DNA of 44,796 bases from an uncultured Christensenella sp. (GTDB lineage: Bacteria; Bacillota; Clostridia; Christensenellales; UBA3700): contig CAJTKI010000003.1 of the NCBI GenBank assembly GCA_910576875.1, positions 1 to 44,796 of the forward strand. The letters are read 5' to 3'. The position numbers and the translations under genes are program-made. The notes under the pieces were generated by a model. That model searched no databases. It saw only the letters and a list, made by a program, of their open reading frames with translations, and was not told the origin of the DNA. This document shows positions 9,599 through 18,825 of this stretch, piece after piece; the first letter of the stretch is position 1, and the number at the start of each line of letters is the position of its first letter.

Positions 9599-9931
9599 TT
9601 ATTTGCGAAAACGATTGCCCGTATTGCAATATACGGCGGCAAATACGATCAGCGCGACGATCGCGATCGGAATCGCAACCGACAGCCAAACGATTCGATA
9701 AATCGCCGCAACCGCAATGCACGGGATCGCAAGTCCCGCGGGCAAGAAGACCGCGCCGACGAATCGGCACAATTTCTTCGTATCGTATTTTGCCCGTTCT
9801 TCCGCGGACAGCGCGCCGAATCCCGCGATCAGTCCCGCGCCGCGTCCCGTCAACAACACGACGGACAACGCGACGACGATCGCGCCCAACACGCCCGTAA
9901 CGACTACGGCGACGATATCGTTTGTCTGCAT
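9599..9931 (-). CDS. DUF3784-like small membrane protein
   Basis: 110 aa from MQTNDIVAVVV (RBS GGAAAGGAGGAG). The pattern is TM, then GRGAGLIAGFGALSAEERAKYDTKKLCRFVG, then two TM helices, as in DUF3784 proteins. Confidence 0.65.
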   Translation of the reverse strand: MQTNDIVAVVVTGVLGAIVVALSVVLLTGRGAGLIAGFGALSAEERAKYDTKKLCRFVGAVFLPAGLAIPCIAVAAIYRIVWLSVAIPIAIVALIVFAAVYCNTGNRFRK

Positions 9932-10061
9932 AGCAATCTCCTCCTTTCCAACCGAACCGTTCGGCATATTGCCGCTCGATCCGAATTTCCGCAATCGAGC
10001 GTATAATTTCCCTGCGTCGTCGCACAATAACAGCGAACCCCAAACAAGGAGGTACACAGGG

Positions 10062-10172
10062 ATGGCAAGAGCGCAAAAGCGCACGAGCGCAAACCAAAGC
10101 AACCGCACCGCTCAGAAGTCGGCAAAAGCGACTTCCGAGAAGGCTTGTAAAGGTTGCTGCAACTGCGACTAA
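10062..10172 (+). CDS. Unannotated 36-aa basic, Cys-rich small ORF (MARAQKRTSANQSNRTAQKSAKATSEKACKGCCNCD)
   Basis: A strong SD (AAGGAGG, 10046-10052) lies 9 nt before the ATG. TATAAT is at 10001-10006. GC3 is about 63%, like neighbouring genes. A hairpin follows at 10228-10258. The ORF track shows it only as the tail of a spurious longer ORF. Confidence 0.5.
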   Translation: MARAQKRTSANQSNRTAQKSAKATSEKACKGCCNCD

Positions 10173-10227
10173 TCGCAGCGATCGAGCGGATTTTTCCGCA
10201 AAATCGGCACTGCCGCAAGGCAAAACG

Positions 10228-10258
10228 AATACGGGAAGTCCTTCGGATTTCCCGTATT
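10228..10258. terminator. Hairpin shared by the convergent small ORF (+) and the GH20 gene (-)
   Basis: AATACGGGAA ... TTCCCGTATT forms a 10-bp stem. Only weak T-tracts flank it. Confidence 0.45.
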
Positions 10259-10271
10259 TCGCATATGATAC

Positions 10272-11858
10272 TTATTTTCGCTCCGCGTCCTGCGCCTGCA
10301 ACGCATGCATATAATCCACTTCGGCGGACGTATTCTGCTTCCAGGACATCCAGCGTCCCGGGGACGTCGTGTACCAGGGCAAGGATTTGCCGCGATACAG
10401 CGGTTGCGGACAGACCGCGGCGCGCATCCGCGCAAAGTACGGACGCATCGCTTCCAGCCGCGTCTCGAACTGCTTGTAATCGCGTCGTTCGATCGGCGTC
10501 CAGCACGCTTCCGCAAACGCGATCAAACGCGCGTACAACAGCATATCCAACTTCTCTTCGTCGCGCACATATTCCGTCCACATCGGGATTTCCATACCGA
10601 TCACGTTGCGATCGTCGCGAATGCGCATCGTCTTGTGCGAAAAACAATACGTCTTTTTGAGCGGACGAATCGCATACGAATGATCCATATATACGTTGGA
10701 CACATAGGACAGAATGCAGTTGCCGCCGTCCTTCATCCAGCCCAGTTCCGCGCGATCCGCGGCGCTGTGATGCACCCACCATTGGGCGACGACGTCGCGG
10801 CTTAAGTTCTCGCGCGCATCGAGCGCTTCGTTCCAGGCGATCATGCGCTTGCCTTTGGAGCGCAGATATTCGGCGATTTGATTGTTGAAATAGCCTTGCA
10901 GAGCGTTCTCGTCTTTGAGTCCCAGCTCTCGGATTTTTTTCTGACACGCCGGACATTCTTTCCAACGTTTTTTCGGCACTTCGTCGCCGCCGATATGGAA
11001 GAATCTGCCCGGAAAAATCTCGACCAATTCGTCGATCACGTCTTTGGCAAAGCGATACACGTCTTCCTTGCCGCAACAGCAGATATTGTCCAGCACGCCC
11101 CATTTGGGAGATACTTCGGTCGCTTCGCCGCGACAGGACAGCTCGGGATAGCATGCGATCGCCGCGACCATATGACCCGGCATGTCGATCTCCGGAATGA
11201 CTTCGATGTGCCGTTGCGCCGCATATGCGACGATCTCGCGCATCTGCTCTTGCGTATAATACAATCCGCGTCCGTATTCCGCGTCCTTGACGCGCGCGCT
11301 GTCGGGCGCCGAATCGCGCGGGCTGACCTGCGTGCCGTTGCGGATGCTGCCCTTTTCGGTCAACAACGGATATTTTTTGATTTCGGCGCGCCAGCCCTGA
11401 TCTTCGGACAGATGCCAATGGAATTCGTTCATTTTCAGCGCCGCCATGACGTCCAAGATCTGCTTGATCTTGTCGATCGTCCAGAAGTGCCGCGCGCAGT
11501 CGAGCATAAATCCGCGATACGCGTACTTGGGCGCGTCGGAAACCGTAACGTACGGCACGCAGTCTTTGCCGTCGCGCAGTTGTTGCAACGTCATGTACGC
11601 GTAAAACGCGCCCGCTTCGTCGCTTGCGCAGATGCGCGCGCCGTCCGCGCCGACTTCCAGTCGGTATCCTTGCGCGGCGACGGACGAGTCCTGCTCGAAT
11701 CGGATCGCTACGGCGTTGCCCGTATCGGACGTCTGCGCGGATACGGATCGGACGTAAGCCTGCGTCTGTTCAAACGCGCCTTGCGGCGCAACCTTGCCTT
11801 CCCAAGCAAGACAACCGTCGCGCTTTTGCAGCGCTTGCGGCATCGGAATCAGATTCAT
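10272..11858 (-). CDS. Beta-N-acetylhexosaminidase (GH20)
   Basis: 528 aa from MNLIPMPQ, whose ATG is 9 nt after AAGGGAG (the upstream GTG is too close to the SD). GH20 motifs are present: RGFMLDCARHF and the catalytic HIGGDEV. Confidence 0.9.
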   Translation of the reverse strand: MNLIPMPQALQKRDGCLAWEGKVAPQGAFEQTQAYVRSVSAQTSDTGNAVAIRFEQDSSVAAQGYRLEVGADGARICASDEAGAFYAYMTLQQLRDGKDCVPYVTVSDAPKYAYRGFMLDCARHFWTIDKIKQILDVMAALKMNEFHWHLSEDQGWRAEIKKYPLLTEKGSIRNGTQVSPRDSAPDSARVKDAEYGRGLYYTQEQMREIVAYAAQRHIEVIPEIDMPGHMVAAIACYPELSCRGEATEVSPKWGVLDNICCCGKEDVYRFAKDVIDELVEIFPGRFFHIGGDEVPKKRWKECPACQKKIRELGLKDENALQGYFNNQIAEYLRSKGKRMIAWNEALDARENLSRDVVAQWWVHHSAADRAELGWMKDGGNCILSYVSNVYMDHSYAIRPLKKTYCFSHKTMRIRDDRNVIGMEIPMWTEYVRDEEKLDMLLYARLIAFAEACWTPIERRDYKQFETRLEAMRPYFARMRAAVCPQPLYRGKSLPWYTTSPGRWMSWKQNTSAEVDYMHALQAQDAERK

Positions 11859-11895
11859 AGTTTTCACTCCCTTATTTTTCGGATCGCCGCGCAGA

Positions 11896-12606
11896 TTACG
11901 CGCAGACTTCTCCGTGTTTGTCGATCAGTTTTTCGATCACGTGCGACGCCGCCAGCAATCCCGCCGCAGACGGCACCGTCGCCATACTGGACGGTACGCG
12001 CGGATCCGCGTCCGGCACGGTCGGGATCTCGTCCGACCACACGACGCAAGCGTGCGCGATGCCGCGCGCCTTGCATTCCCTGCGCATCACGCGCGCCAAC
12101 GGACACACGCGGGTATCACACAGATCGCCGACGCGCAACGCGGCGGGATCGCGTTTGTTGCCCGTGCCCAGCACGCCGATATACGGAATCCCGAGCGATT
12201 TGGAACGCTCTATCAGCGCGAGTTTGGCGCTCACCGTATCGATCGCATCCACGATATAGTCGTACTCGGACAGATCGATCGCGTCCGCGTTGTCGGGCAG
12301 ATAAAACATCGGATATTCCCGCACGCGGATGTCGGGACATATATCCGCGATCCGCACGGCGGCAACCTGCGTCTTGCGCATGCCGACCGTCGAGCGCAAC
12401 GCCAGAATCTGCCGATTAAGATTGCTCGGCGCGATCGTGTCGGCGTCCACCAGACCGAGCGTCCCGACCCCTGCGCGCGCAAGCGCCTCGACGACATATC
12501 CGCCGACGCCGCCCAATCCGAACACGATTACCCGCGCCCGATTCAAATCTTCGACCGCCCGCTCGCCGAGCAAGCGCGCGGTACGTTGCTGCCAATCCTG
12601 ATTCAT
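11896..12606 (-). CDS. tcdA: tRNA threonylcarbamoyladenosine dehydratase (ThiF/HesA family)
   Basis: 236 aa with VIVFGLGGVGGYVVEALARAGVGTLGLVDADTIAPSNLNRQ, a Rossmann fold plus the NLNRQ motif typical of TcdA/CsdL. Confidence 0.85.
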   Translation of the reverse strand: MNQDWQQRTARLLGERAVEDLNRARVIVFGLGGVGGYVVEALARAGVGTLGLVDADTIAPSNLNRQILALRSTVGMRKTQVAAVRIADICPDIRVREYPMFYLPDNADAIDLSEYDYIVDAIDTVSAKLALIERSKSLGIPYIGVLGTGNKRDPAALRVGDLCDTRVCPLARVMRRECKARGIAHACVVWSDEIPTVPDADPRVPSSMATVPSAAGLLAASHVIEKLIDKHGEVCA

Positions 12607-12612
12607 CTCGTT

Positions 12613-12640
12613 ACAAAATGCCCGCCGATGTACGGCGGGC
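12613..12640 (-). terminator. Terminator-like hairpin between the ABC gene and tcdA
   Basis: On the minus strand, GCCCGCCG-TACAT-CGGCGGGC (8-bp stem) is followed by ATTTTGT. It ends only 7 nt before the tcdA ATG. Confidence 0.45.
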
Positions 12641-12652
12641 GGGTTCCGCGCG

Positions 12653-14803
12653 TCAGTTCATCAACATGCGGTCGTTGGCCATTTTGCTGCCCGATACTTC
12701 TTCGAACTTACGCAACAGATCTTCCACGCTCAGCCGCGATTTCTCTTCGCCGCTCACGTCGTAGATGATATTGCCTTCGTGCATCATGATCAGACGGTTG
12801 CCGTAGCGGATCGCGTCTTTCATGTTGTGCGTGATCATCATCGTCGTCAGATTGTGTTCGGACGTGATCTCCTGCGTCAGATCGAGCACTTTGGCGGCGG
12901 TCTTGGGATCGAGCGCCGCGGTATGTTCGTCCAACAGCAACAGCTTCGGTTGCACGAGCGTCGCCATCAACAGCGTCAACGCCTGCCGCTGTCCGCCGCT
13001 GAGCAATCCGACGCGCGCGGTCATGCGGTTTTCCAGTCCCAAATCCAGACGTTTGAGTTGTTGATAATAGATCGCCTTTTCCGCTCTGGAAATCGCCCAT
13101 TTCAGACCGCGGATCTTTCCGCGCCGATATGCGAGCGCGAGATTTTCCCGAATCTCCATGTTCGCCGCCGTGCCGAGCATCGGATCTTGGAAGACTCTGC
13201 CCAAATATTTCGCGCGACGGTGTTCGCTCGCTTTCGTGACGTTGTCGCCGTCCAGCCAAATATCGCCCTTATCCACGCCGTACACGCCGCTGATCATATT
13301 GAGCAACGTGGATTTGCCTGCGCCGTTGCCGCCGATAACCGTGATGAAATCGCCTTTGTAGATCGTCAAAGACAGATCCGCGAGCGCCTTTTTCTCGTTG
13401 ATCGTGCCGGCGTTGAACGTCTTGCTGATGTTGTTGATCTGCAAGATCTCTTCGCCGCTGGTCAAACTGCGGTGCAGCATTTGCGCCTTTTTGCGCCGCT
13501 CGTCGATCATGCTTTGCAGGATCGCCGTGCGACTGTCGAGTTTGGCGACGCGCTTTTCAAGCGCGGCGCGTTTGTCCTGCGGCGCGGATTGCAATGCCGC
13601 GCGCTCCTTCTCCGCCTGCGCCGCCAAAGCCTTGCGCTTGTTCTCCTTGCGCACGATCGAATATTGCGTACGCTCCAACGCTCGGGAACTGCGCTTGCGG
13701 GCGCGGTATTTGATCGCAAAGTTGCGATCTTCCAGTTTGCGCACGGCGCGCTCCAACGCCTGCTCGGATTGTTCCGTCGTCAAAGTCTGACGCTTTTTGC
13801 TCTCGCGTTCGCGGCGCCGCTCTTCGCGCAATGCGTTGCGCTTGTGTTTGCGCGCCTGCGTCACCGCGCGACGACGCTCGACGAACGCCGCGTATGCGGA
13901 ATTGTTTTTATACGCCCAATTGCCCAGTTTGCCGAACGCCGAACGCAATAGCGGCAAACTCAGCGCCAATCCAACGATGATCGCGGTGATCAGCTTGACG
14001 TCGGACGGCGTCATAAAGTTGCTGTTGATGACGAGCGTAATGATGACGCGGTATACGATGCTGCCGACGATCACGCCGATCAGCTTGACCGCAAAATTGC
14101 GCGCGCGGACAAACAGCGTCTCGCCGATGATCACGGACGCAAGTCCGATGACGATCGCGCCTACGCCCATACTGACGTCGCCGAAACTCTGTTCCTGCGC
14201 GACCAACGCGCCGCCCAGACCGACCAACGCGTTGGAAAACATCAGACACAAAATCTTCTGCGTATCCGTCTGAATGCCTTGCGCGCGGCACATCTTTTCA
14301 TTGGCGCCGGTCGCGCGGATCGCGCTGCCCGATTCGGTACCGAAATACCAGTACAACACGCCCACGACGATCACGACCGCCGTCAGTCCGAGAATGAGCA
14401 CGCTGTACTGACGCTCCAAGTTCAGCCAGCTTTGCAGTTTGACGATGACGGTATTTTCCGTCGTGGACTGGTTGGGCGATCCCATAATGCGAATATTGAT
14501 CGACCACAGCGCAATCATCGTCAGGATGCCGGACAGAATGGGCGGAATTTTGAGTTTGGTATGCAACATACCCGTAACCAGACCCGCGCCCGCGCCGGCA
14601 AGCGTCGATACGATCGCCGCCAAAAACGGATTTTGTCCCTTCGACACCATAATCGCGGCGACCGCGCCGCCCAATGCGAAACTGCCCTCGACGGTCAGAT
14701 CGGGGAAATCCAGCAAGCGGTACGTCAAAAATACGCCCAACGCCAACAGCGCCCACAGCAAGCCCTGATTGATACCGCTCAGAATTGTTTCCAGATTGAT
14801 CAT
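12653..14803 (-). CDS. Fused ABC importer permease, charged coiled-coil linker and ATP-binding domain
   Basis: A single 716-aa ORF. Residues 1-300 form a multi-TM permease. Residues 300-450 are a K/R/E/A-rich helical segment. Residues 450-716 form an NBD with Walker A GGNGAGKST, signature LSGGQRQ and Walker B LLLLDE. The RBS is AAGGAG. Confidence 0.85.
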   Translation of the reverse strand: MINLETILSGINQGLLWALLALGVFLTYRLLDFPDLTVEGSFALGGAVAAIMVSKGQNPFLAAIVSTLAGAGAGLVTGMLHTKLKIPPILSGILTMIALWSINIRIMGSPNQSTTENTVIVKLQSWLNLERQYSVLILGLTAVVIVVGVLYWYFGTESGSAIRATGANEKMCRAQGIQTDTQKILCLMFSNALVGLGGALVAQEQSFGDVSMGVGAIVIGLASVIIGETLFVRARNFAVKLIGVIVGSIVYRVIITLVINSNFMTPSDVKLITAIIVGLALSLPLLRSAFGKLGNWAYKNNSAYAAFVERRRAVTQARKHKRNALREERRRERESKKRQTLTTEQSEQALERAVRKLEDRNFAIKYRARKRSSRALERTQYSIVRKENKRKALAAQAEKERAALQSAPQDKRAALEKRVAKLDSRTAILQSMIDERRKKAQMLHRSLTSGEEILQINNISKTFNAGTINEKKALADLSLTIYKGDFITVIGGNGAGKSTLLNMISGVYGVDKGDIWLDGDNVTKASEHRRAKYLGRVFQDPMLGTAANMEIRENLALAYRRGKIRGLKWAISRAEKAIYYQQLKRLDLGLENRMTARVGLLSGGQRQALTLLMATLVQPKLLLLDEHTAALDPKTAAKVLDLTQEITSEHNLTTMMITHNMKDAIRYGNRLIMMHEGNIIYDVSGEEKSRLSVEDLLRKFEEVSGSKMANDRMLMN

Positions 14804-14848
14804 GTATGCTCCTTGCGTCGGCTTTCGCGGGACGCGTCCCGCGCCGAG

Positions 14849-15880
14849 TTACCGACTCGCTTTGTCTTTGAGCGACTGCGGGATCGAAAATCCGATCTTC
14901 GCAGCGTTCTCTTCGTAGATGTGCAATTCGTACGTAAGTTGCTTTTCGACGGGATAGGTCGCCGGATCTTTGCCGCCGACGAGAATCTCGAACGCCATCT
15001 TCGCCGTCTGGACGCCCAGATCGTAGAAGTTGACGCCGATCGTCGCGACGCCGCAGCCCGCGGTCATGTCGATGTCGCCGCACAAAATCGGCAGTTTGGC
15101 GCCGTTGGCTTCGTCCGAATTTTCGGTCATAACCTTGGCGACCGCGCTCGCGATCATATTGTCGGTCGGAATGAAGACGACGTCGCACGCGGAATTTTTC
15201 AACGCTTTGAGCGCCGCCTGCACGTCCGCCATCTCGTTGATGCTCTTTTCGACGTACGAATAACCGCGCGACGCGTCGGCGGCGTTACGGCCTTCGATCG
15301 CGCGTTTCATTTGCTCGACTTGATATTTGGAATTGGGTTCCGCGCTCGTGTACAGCATCCCGAACTTGATGCCGTTCGTCTTGACGTCGGACAGCAATTC
15401 GATCATGACGTCGAGCTGTTTTTCCAGATCGACCAGATCGGTCGTGCCGGTCACGTTGGCGCCGGGCGCGTCCATCGACGCGACGATATTGGATTCCACC
15501 GGCGAAGTCACCGCCGTAAATACGGTCGGAATGCCCTTTTCCTTGGTCTTGGTGGACGCGATCTGCGTCGCGGCGGTTCCGATCGAAAAGACCATGTTGC
15601 GGTTGCGCGCGACAAATCCGTCTACGATATTGCTCGCCATCGACTTGTCGCTCTGCGCGTTCTTGTAATCGAAGCCGACCGTCTTGCCCGCTTCCGTCAT
15701 CAGACGCGTCAGTTCGGTCTGAAAACCTTCGCGCGCCGCGTCCAACGCGCCGTGTTCGATCTCCTGCACGATGCCGATCTTGTAGTCGCCCTTGACCGGA
15801 TCTTCGCACGCGCTCAGCCCGACGACCGCCGTCGCGCACAGCGCGAGCATGACTGCCAAAATCACGATTTTCTTTTTCAT
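14849..15880 (-). CDS. ABC transporter substrate-binding lipoprotein (PF04392-like)
   Basis: 343 aa with a signal peptide and lipobox (VGLSAC). The block YKIGIVQEIEHGALDAAREGF is typical of this family. Confidence 0.85.
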   Translation of the reverse strand: MKKKIVILAVMLALCATAVVGLSACEDPVKGDYKIGIVQEIEHGALDAAREGFQTELTRLMTEAGKTVGFDYKNAQSDKSMASNIVDGFVARNRNMVFSIGTAATQIASTKTKEKGIPTVFTAVTSPVESNIVASMDAPGANVTGTTDLVDLEKQLDVMIELLSDVKTNGIKFGMLYTSAEPNSKYQVEQMKRAIEGRNAADASRGYSYVEKSINEMADVQAALKALKNSACDVVFIPTDNMIASAVAKVMTENSDEANGAKLPILCGDIDMTAGCGVATIGVNFYDLGVQTAKMAFEILVGGKDPATYPVEKQLTYELHIYEENAAKIGFSIPQSLKDKASR

Positions 15881-15895
15881 ATACGTCTCCCGTCC

Positions 15896-16921
15896 TTATT
15901 CTGCCTGCGCCCGATATTCGGCCATGACTTCGTCCGGGATCGTAATCCCGAGTTCCTGCGCCTTGTCCAGATTGATCGTCAACGGCGCGCTCGCCAGCAA
16001 ATTCTGTACCGGAATATCGCCCGGATTTTTACCGTTTACGAGAATGTCGAACGCCATCTGCGCCGCCATCTTGCCCAACAGCTTGTAATCGACGCCGTAC
16101 GTCGCGATGCCGGCTTTCATGTTCGGAATATTTTCGGCGCAAACGATGATCTTTTTATAGCCGCTGCCGATGTTTTCGGTATTGACGTTCTCGATCGCAT
16201 TGGCGATGATGTTGTCGGTGGGCACGTAGATCGCGTCGCAGTCGCGCAGTTTGGCAAAGCCGCTCTTGATCTCGTTGGCGTCGTTGACGCCGCCCTCGAC
16301 CAACTCCACGCCCATTTCGGCGCAGACGGTCTTCGCGAGATCGCGCTGTACGATCGAGTTCTTCTCCGCGTTGCAGTACAGGATGCCGATCTTGGACAAC
16401 GTCTTGCCCGCGTTGGACGGCTGTCCTTCGTACAGACGTTTGATCAGTCGGATCTGCTTTTCGATCGGATTGATGTCGGACGTGCCGGTGACGTTGCCGC
16501 CGGGATGCTCGTTGGACGCGACCATGCCCGCGTCGACCGCATCCGTAACCGCCGTAAACAGCACCGGAATGTTTTTATCCTTGGCTGCCGCCGTCAACGC
16601 TTTGGCGGACGGCGTCGCGATGCCGAGCACGAGATCGGCTTTGTTCGCAACGAACGCGTTGGCGATCGTCGTGCAGTTGGATTGATCCCCCTGCGCGACG
16701 CGGGTCACGACGTCCACGCTTTTGCCCGCTTCCGTCATCAGACGGTTGAGTTCTTCCGTAAAACCGTCGCCCGCTTCTTTGAGCGCGCCGTGTTCCAAGA
16801 ACTGGCTCACGCCGACTTTATAATCCACGTCGGTGCGAAACATCGGTTTGCACGCGCCGAGCATTGCGGCGGTCGTGACGATCAACGCGATCGCTACGAT
16901 CAGAATCCAAGATTTTTTCAT
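15896..16921 (-). CDS. ABC transporter substrate-binding lipoprotein, a paralog of the downstream gene
   Basis: 341 aa from MKKSWILIV (RBS GGGAGA) with lipobox MLGAC. The block YKVGVSQFLEHGALKEAGDGF parallels its neighbour. Confidence 0.85.
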   Translation of the reverse strand: MKKSWILIVAIALIVTTAAMLGACKPMFRTDVDYKVGVSQFLEHGALKEAGDGFTEELNRLMTEAGKSVDVVTRVAQGDQSNCTTIANAFVANKADLVLGIATPSAKALTAAAKDKNIPVLFTAVTDAVDAGMVASNEHPGGNVTGTSDINPIEKQIRLIKRLYEGQPSNAGKTLSKIGILYCNAEKNSIVQRDLAKTVCAEMGVELVEGGVNDANEIKSGFAKLRDCDAIYVPTDNIIANAIENVNTENIGSGYKKIIVCAENIPNMKAGIATYGVDYKLLGKMAAQMAFDILVNGKNPGDIPVQNLLASAPLTINLDKAQELGITIPDEVMAEYRAQAE

Positions 16922-16995
16922 AGATTTCTCCCTTGTTCGGTTGCCGCAGAGCGCCCGATCGTCCCGACCGACTCCCTGCAAGCATATTTGCGTTT

Positions 16996-17025
16996 ATTAT
17001 AACACGCCCGAAAGCGCAATGTCAA
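16996..17025 (-). promoter_or_regulatory. Candidate strong promoter of the ABC/tcdA/GH20 operon
   Basis: The minus strand reads TTGACA (17025-17020), an 18-nt spacer ending in TGT, then TATAAT (17001-16996). Confidence 0.55.
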
Positions 17026-17075
17026 CAGACCGCGACACCCAATCGCAACGATTGCACATTCGCGTTGCGCGGCGC

Positions 17076-17103
17076 AAAAAAAGACGGAGCGAGCCGCTCC
17101 GTC
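17076..17103 (-). terminator. Intrinsic terminator of the hydrogenase operon
   Basis: On the minus strand, GACGGAGCG-GCT-CGCTCCGTC (9-bp stem) is followed by T7. It lies 18 nt after the hydA stop. Confidence 0.7.
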
Positions 17104-17120
17104 CCCGATTTGTCGCCCGA

Positions 17121-18824
17121 TTATTCCGCGTCGCGGGTATGCGGAACGTGCAACAACTCGTGCGCCCGTTCCCCGACCAGATATTTGTAGACTTGTTCGA
17201 CGGCGGGATTCTGCTCGCTCGACTTGATCTGCATGCGCCGATCGACGTGATACAAACCGCGGGCGCGGTGTTCGCGGTCCTTGTAGCGCACGCACGGCTG
17301 CCCGCCGCCCGCGATGCACCCTTCCGGACACGCCATGACTTCGACAAAATCGTACTGCGCTTCGCCGCGTTGCAAACGATCGATCAACGCACCCGCCTCG
17401 CGCAATCCGTACACGATCGCCGCGCGCACCGTGCGTTCGCCGACTCGGAATTCGCAAGTCTTGACCGCGTCGCGTCCGCGCACGCCGACGAATTCGATGC
17501 GTTTGAGCGCCTCTTGACTCTTGTCCGTGCTGCAACGCCGCAAGACCGCTTCGGTCACGCCGCCCGTCACGCCGAAGATCACGCCCGCGCCGCTGAACAG
17601 ACCGAACGGCATATCCGGCGCCTGCTCTTCCAACGACGCGAAATCGATGCCCGCGCGAGCGATCATCGACGCCAACTCGCTCGTCGTAATGACCAGATCG
17701 GTCAACGGATTGCCGTCCGCGTCGCGCTGATCGTCGCGATCGGCTTCGTACTTTTTGGCGGTACACGGCATGATCGCGATGATCTTGGTCTCCTTGCCGT
17801 CTTCCAGACGTTTGCGCGCATAATGTTCTTTGAGCACCGCCGAAAACATACTCATCGGCGAGCGGCACGTGGACAGATTGGGCAACAGCTCGGGATGCAT
17901 CTTCTCGACGTATCCGATCCAGCCCGGGCAACAGGACGTAAACAGCGGCAGCGCGCCGTCCCCGTGCAGTCGTTCCAGGAATTCCGCCGACTCTTCCACG
18001 ACCGTCATATCCGCGGCAAGCGACGTGTCGTACACTTCGTCGAATCCGAGCATTTTGAGCGCGGCGACCGTCTGGCCGAGCACGTTTTCGCCCGACGCGA
18101 TCCCAAACGATTCGCCCAGCGCGACCCGCACCGCGGGCGCGATCTGCGCGACCAGTCTCGTAGAAGATTTGTCGTTGAGCATGTGCCACAGCTGTTCGGT
18201 CTGATTGCGGATCACGATCGCGCCCGTCGGACATACCGCCGCGCACTGACCGCAGTTGACGCAGTTGGACTGCGCGAGCGGACGGTCGAACGCGGGCATT
18301 ACGCGCACTTTGGAGCCGCGCCGCACAAAATCGATCGCGCCGATCCCCTGCACTTCCGAACACATGCGCACGCAGTCTCCGCACAAAATGCACTTATTGG
18401 GATCGCGCACGACGCCCTTGGCGGAATCGTCGATCGGCGCCGGCGGTCGCGTGTCCGCAAAGCGGATCTTGCGGATGCCGAACTTGCTCGCCAACTCCTG
18501 CAAACGGCACTTGCCGTTCTTCTCGCACGCGGTGCAGTCTCTGCAATGGCTTGCAAGCAACAGTTCGAGTATCATTTTGCGGTGTTTGTGCAACCGCTGC
18601 GTATTCGTCCGCACGGACAGTCCGTCTTTGGGCGGAGTCGAGCACGATGCGAAGATATTGCCCCGATCGTCTTCGACGACGCACATGCGGCACGCGCCGT
18701 ACACGCTCAAATCCGAGTTGTAACAGAACGTGGGCAACTCGATGCCCGCTTTGCGGATGACCGCGAGTATATTGTTTTCCCGATCGAATTCGACCTTGCG
18801 GCCGTCGATATACATGACGCCCAT
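17121..18824 (-). CDS. hydA: [FeFe] hydrogenase catalytic subunit (group A, HydA of a HydABC-type enzyme)
   Basis: 567 aa with an N-terminal 2Fe-2S domain and ferredoxin-like Cys clusters. H-cluster motifs are TSCCPGW, MPCTAKKYE and EVMACPEGCIAGGGQP. Confidence 0.93.
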   Translation of the reverse strand: MGVMYIDGRKVEFDRENNILAVIRKAGIELPTFCYNSDLSVYGACRMCVVEDDRGNIFASCSTPPKDGLSVRTNTQRLHKHRKMILELLLASHCRDCTACEKNGKCRLQELASKFGIRKIRFADTRPPAPIDDSAKGVVRDPNKCILCGDCVRMCSEVQGIGAIDFVRRGSKVRVMPAFDRPLAQSNCVNCGQCAAVCPTGAIVIRNQTEQLWHMLNDKSSTRLVAQIAPAVRVALGESFGIASGENVLGQTVAALKMLGFDEVYDTSLAADMTVVEESAEFLERLHGDGALPLFTSCCPGWIGYVEKMHPELLPNLSTCRSPMSMFSAVLKEHYARKRLEDGKETKIIAIMPCTAKKYEADRDDQRDADGNPLTDLVITTSELASMIARAGIDFASLEEQAPDMPFGLFSGAGVIFGVTGGVTEAVLRRCSTDKSQEALKRIEFVGVRGRDAVKTCEFRVGERTVRAAIVYGLREAGALIDRLQRGEAQYDFVEVMACPEGCIAGGGQPCVRYKDREHRARGLYHVDRRMQIKSSEQNPAVEQVYKYLVGERAHELLHVPHTRDAE

Positions 18825-18825
18825 A

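Noticed and set aside
10062-10172. The small Cys-rich ORF as a SCIFF/ranthipeptide precursor
   Set aside because: It has four, not six, Cys and lacks the GGCGECQTSCQSACKTSC-type core. No radical SAM maturase is adjacent, and the nearest radical SAM gene is the TatD-linked one 20 kb away.
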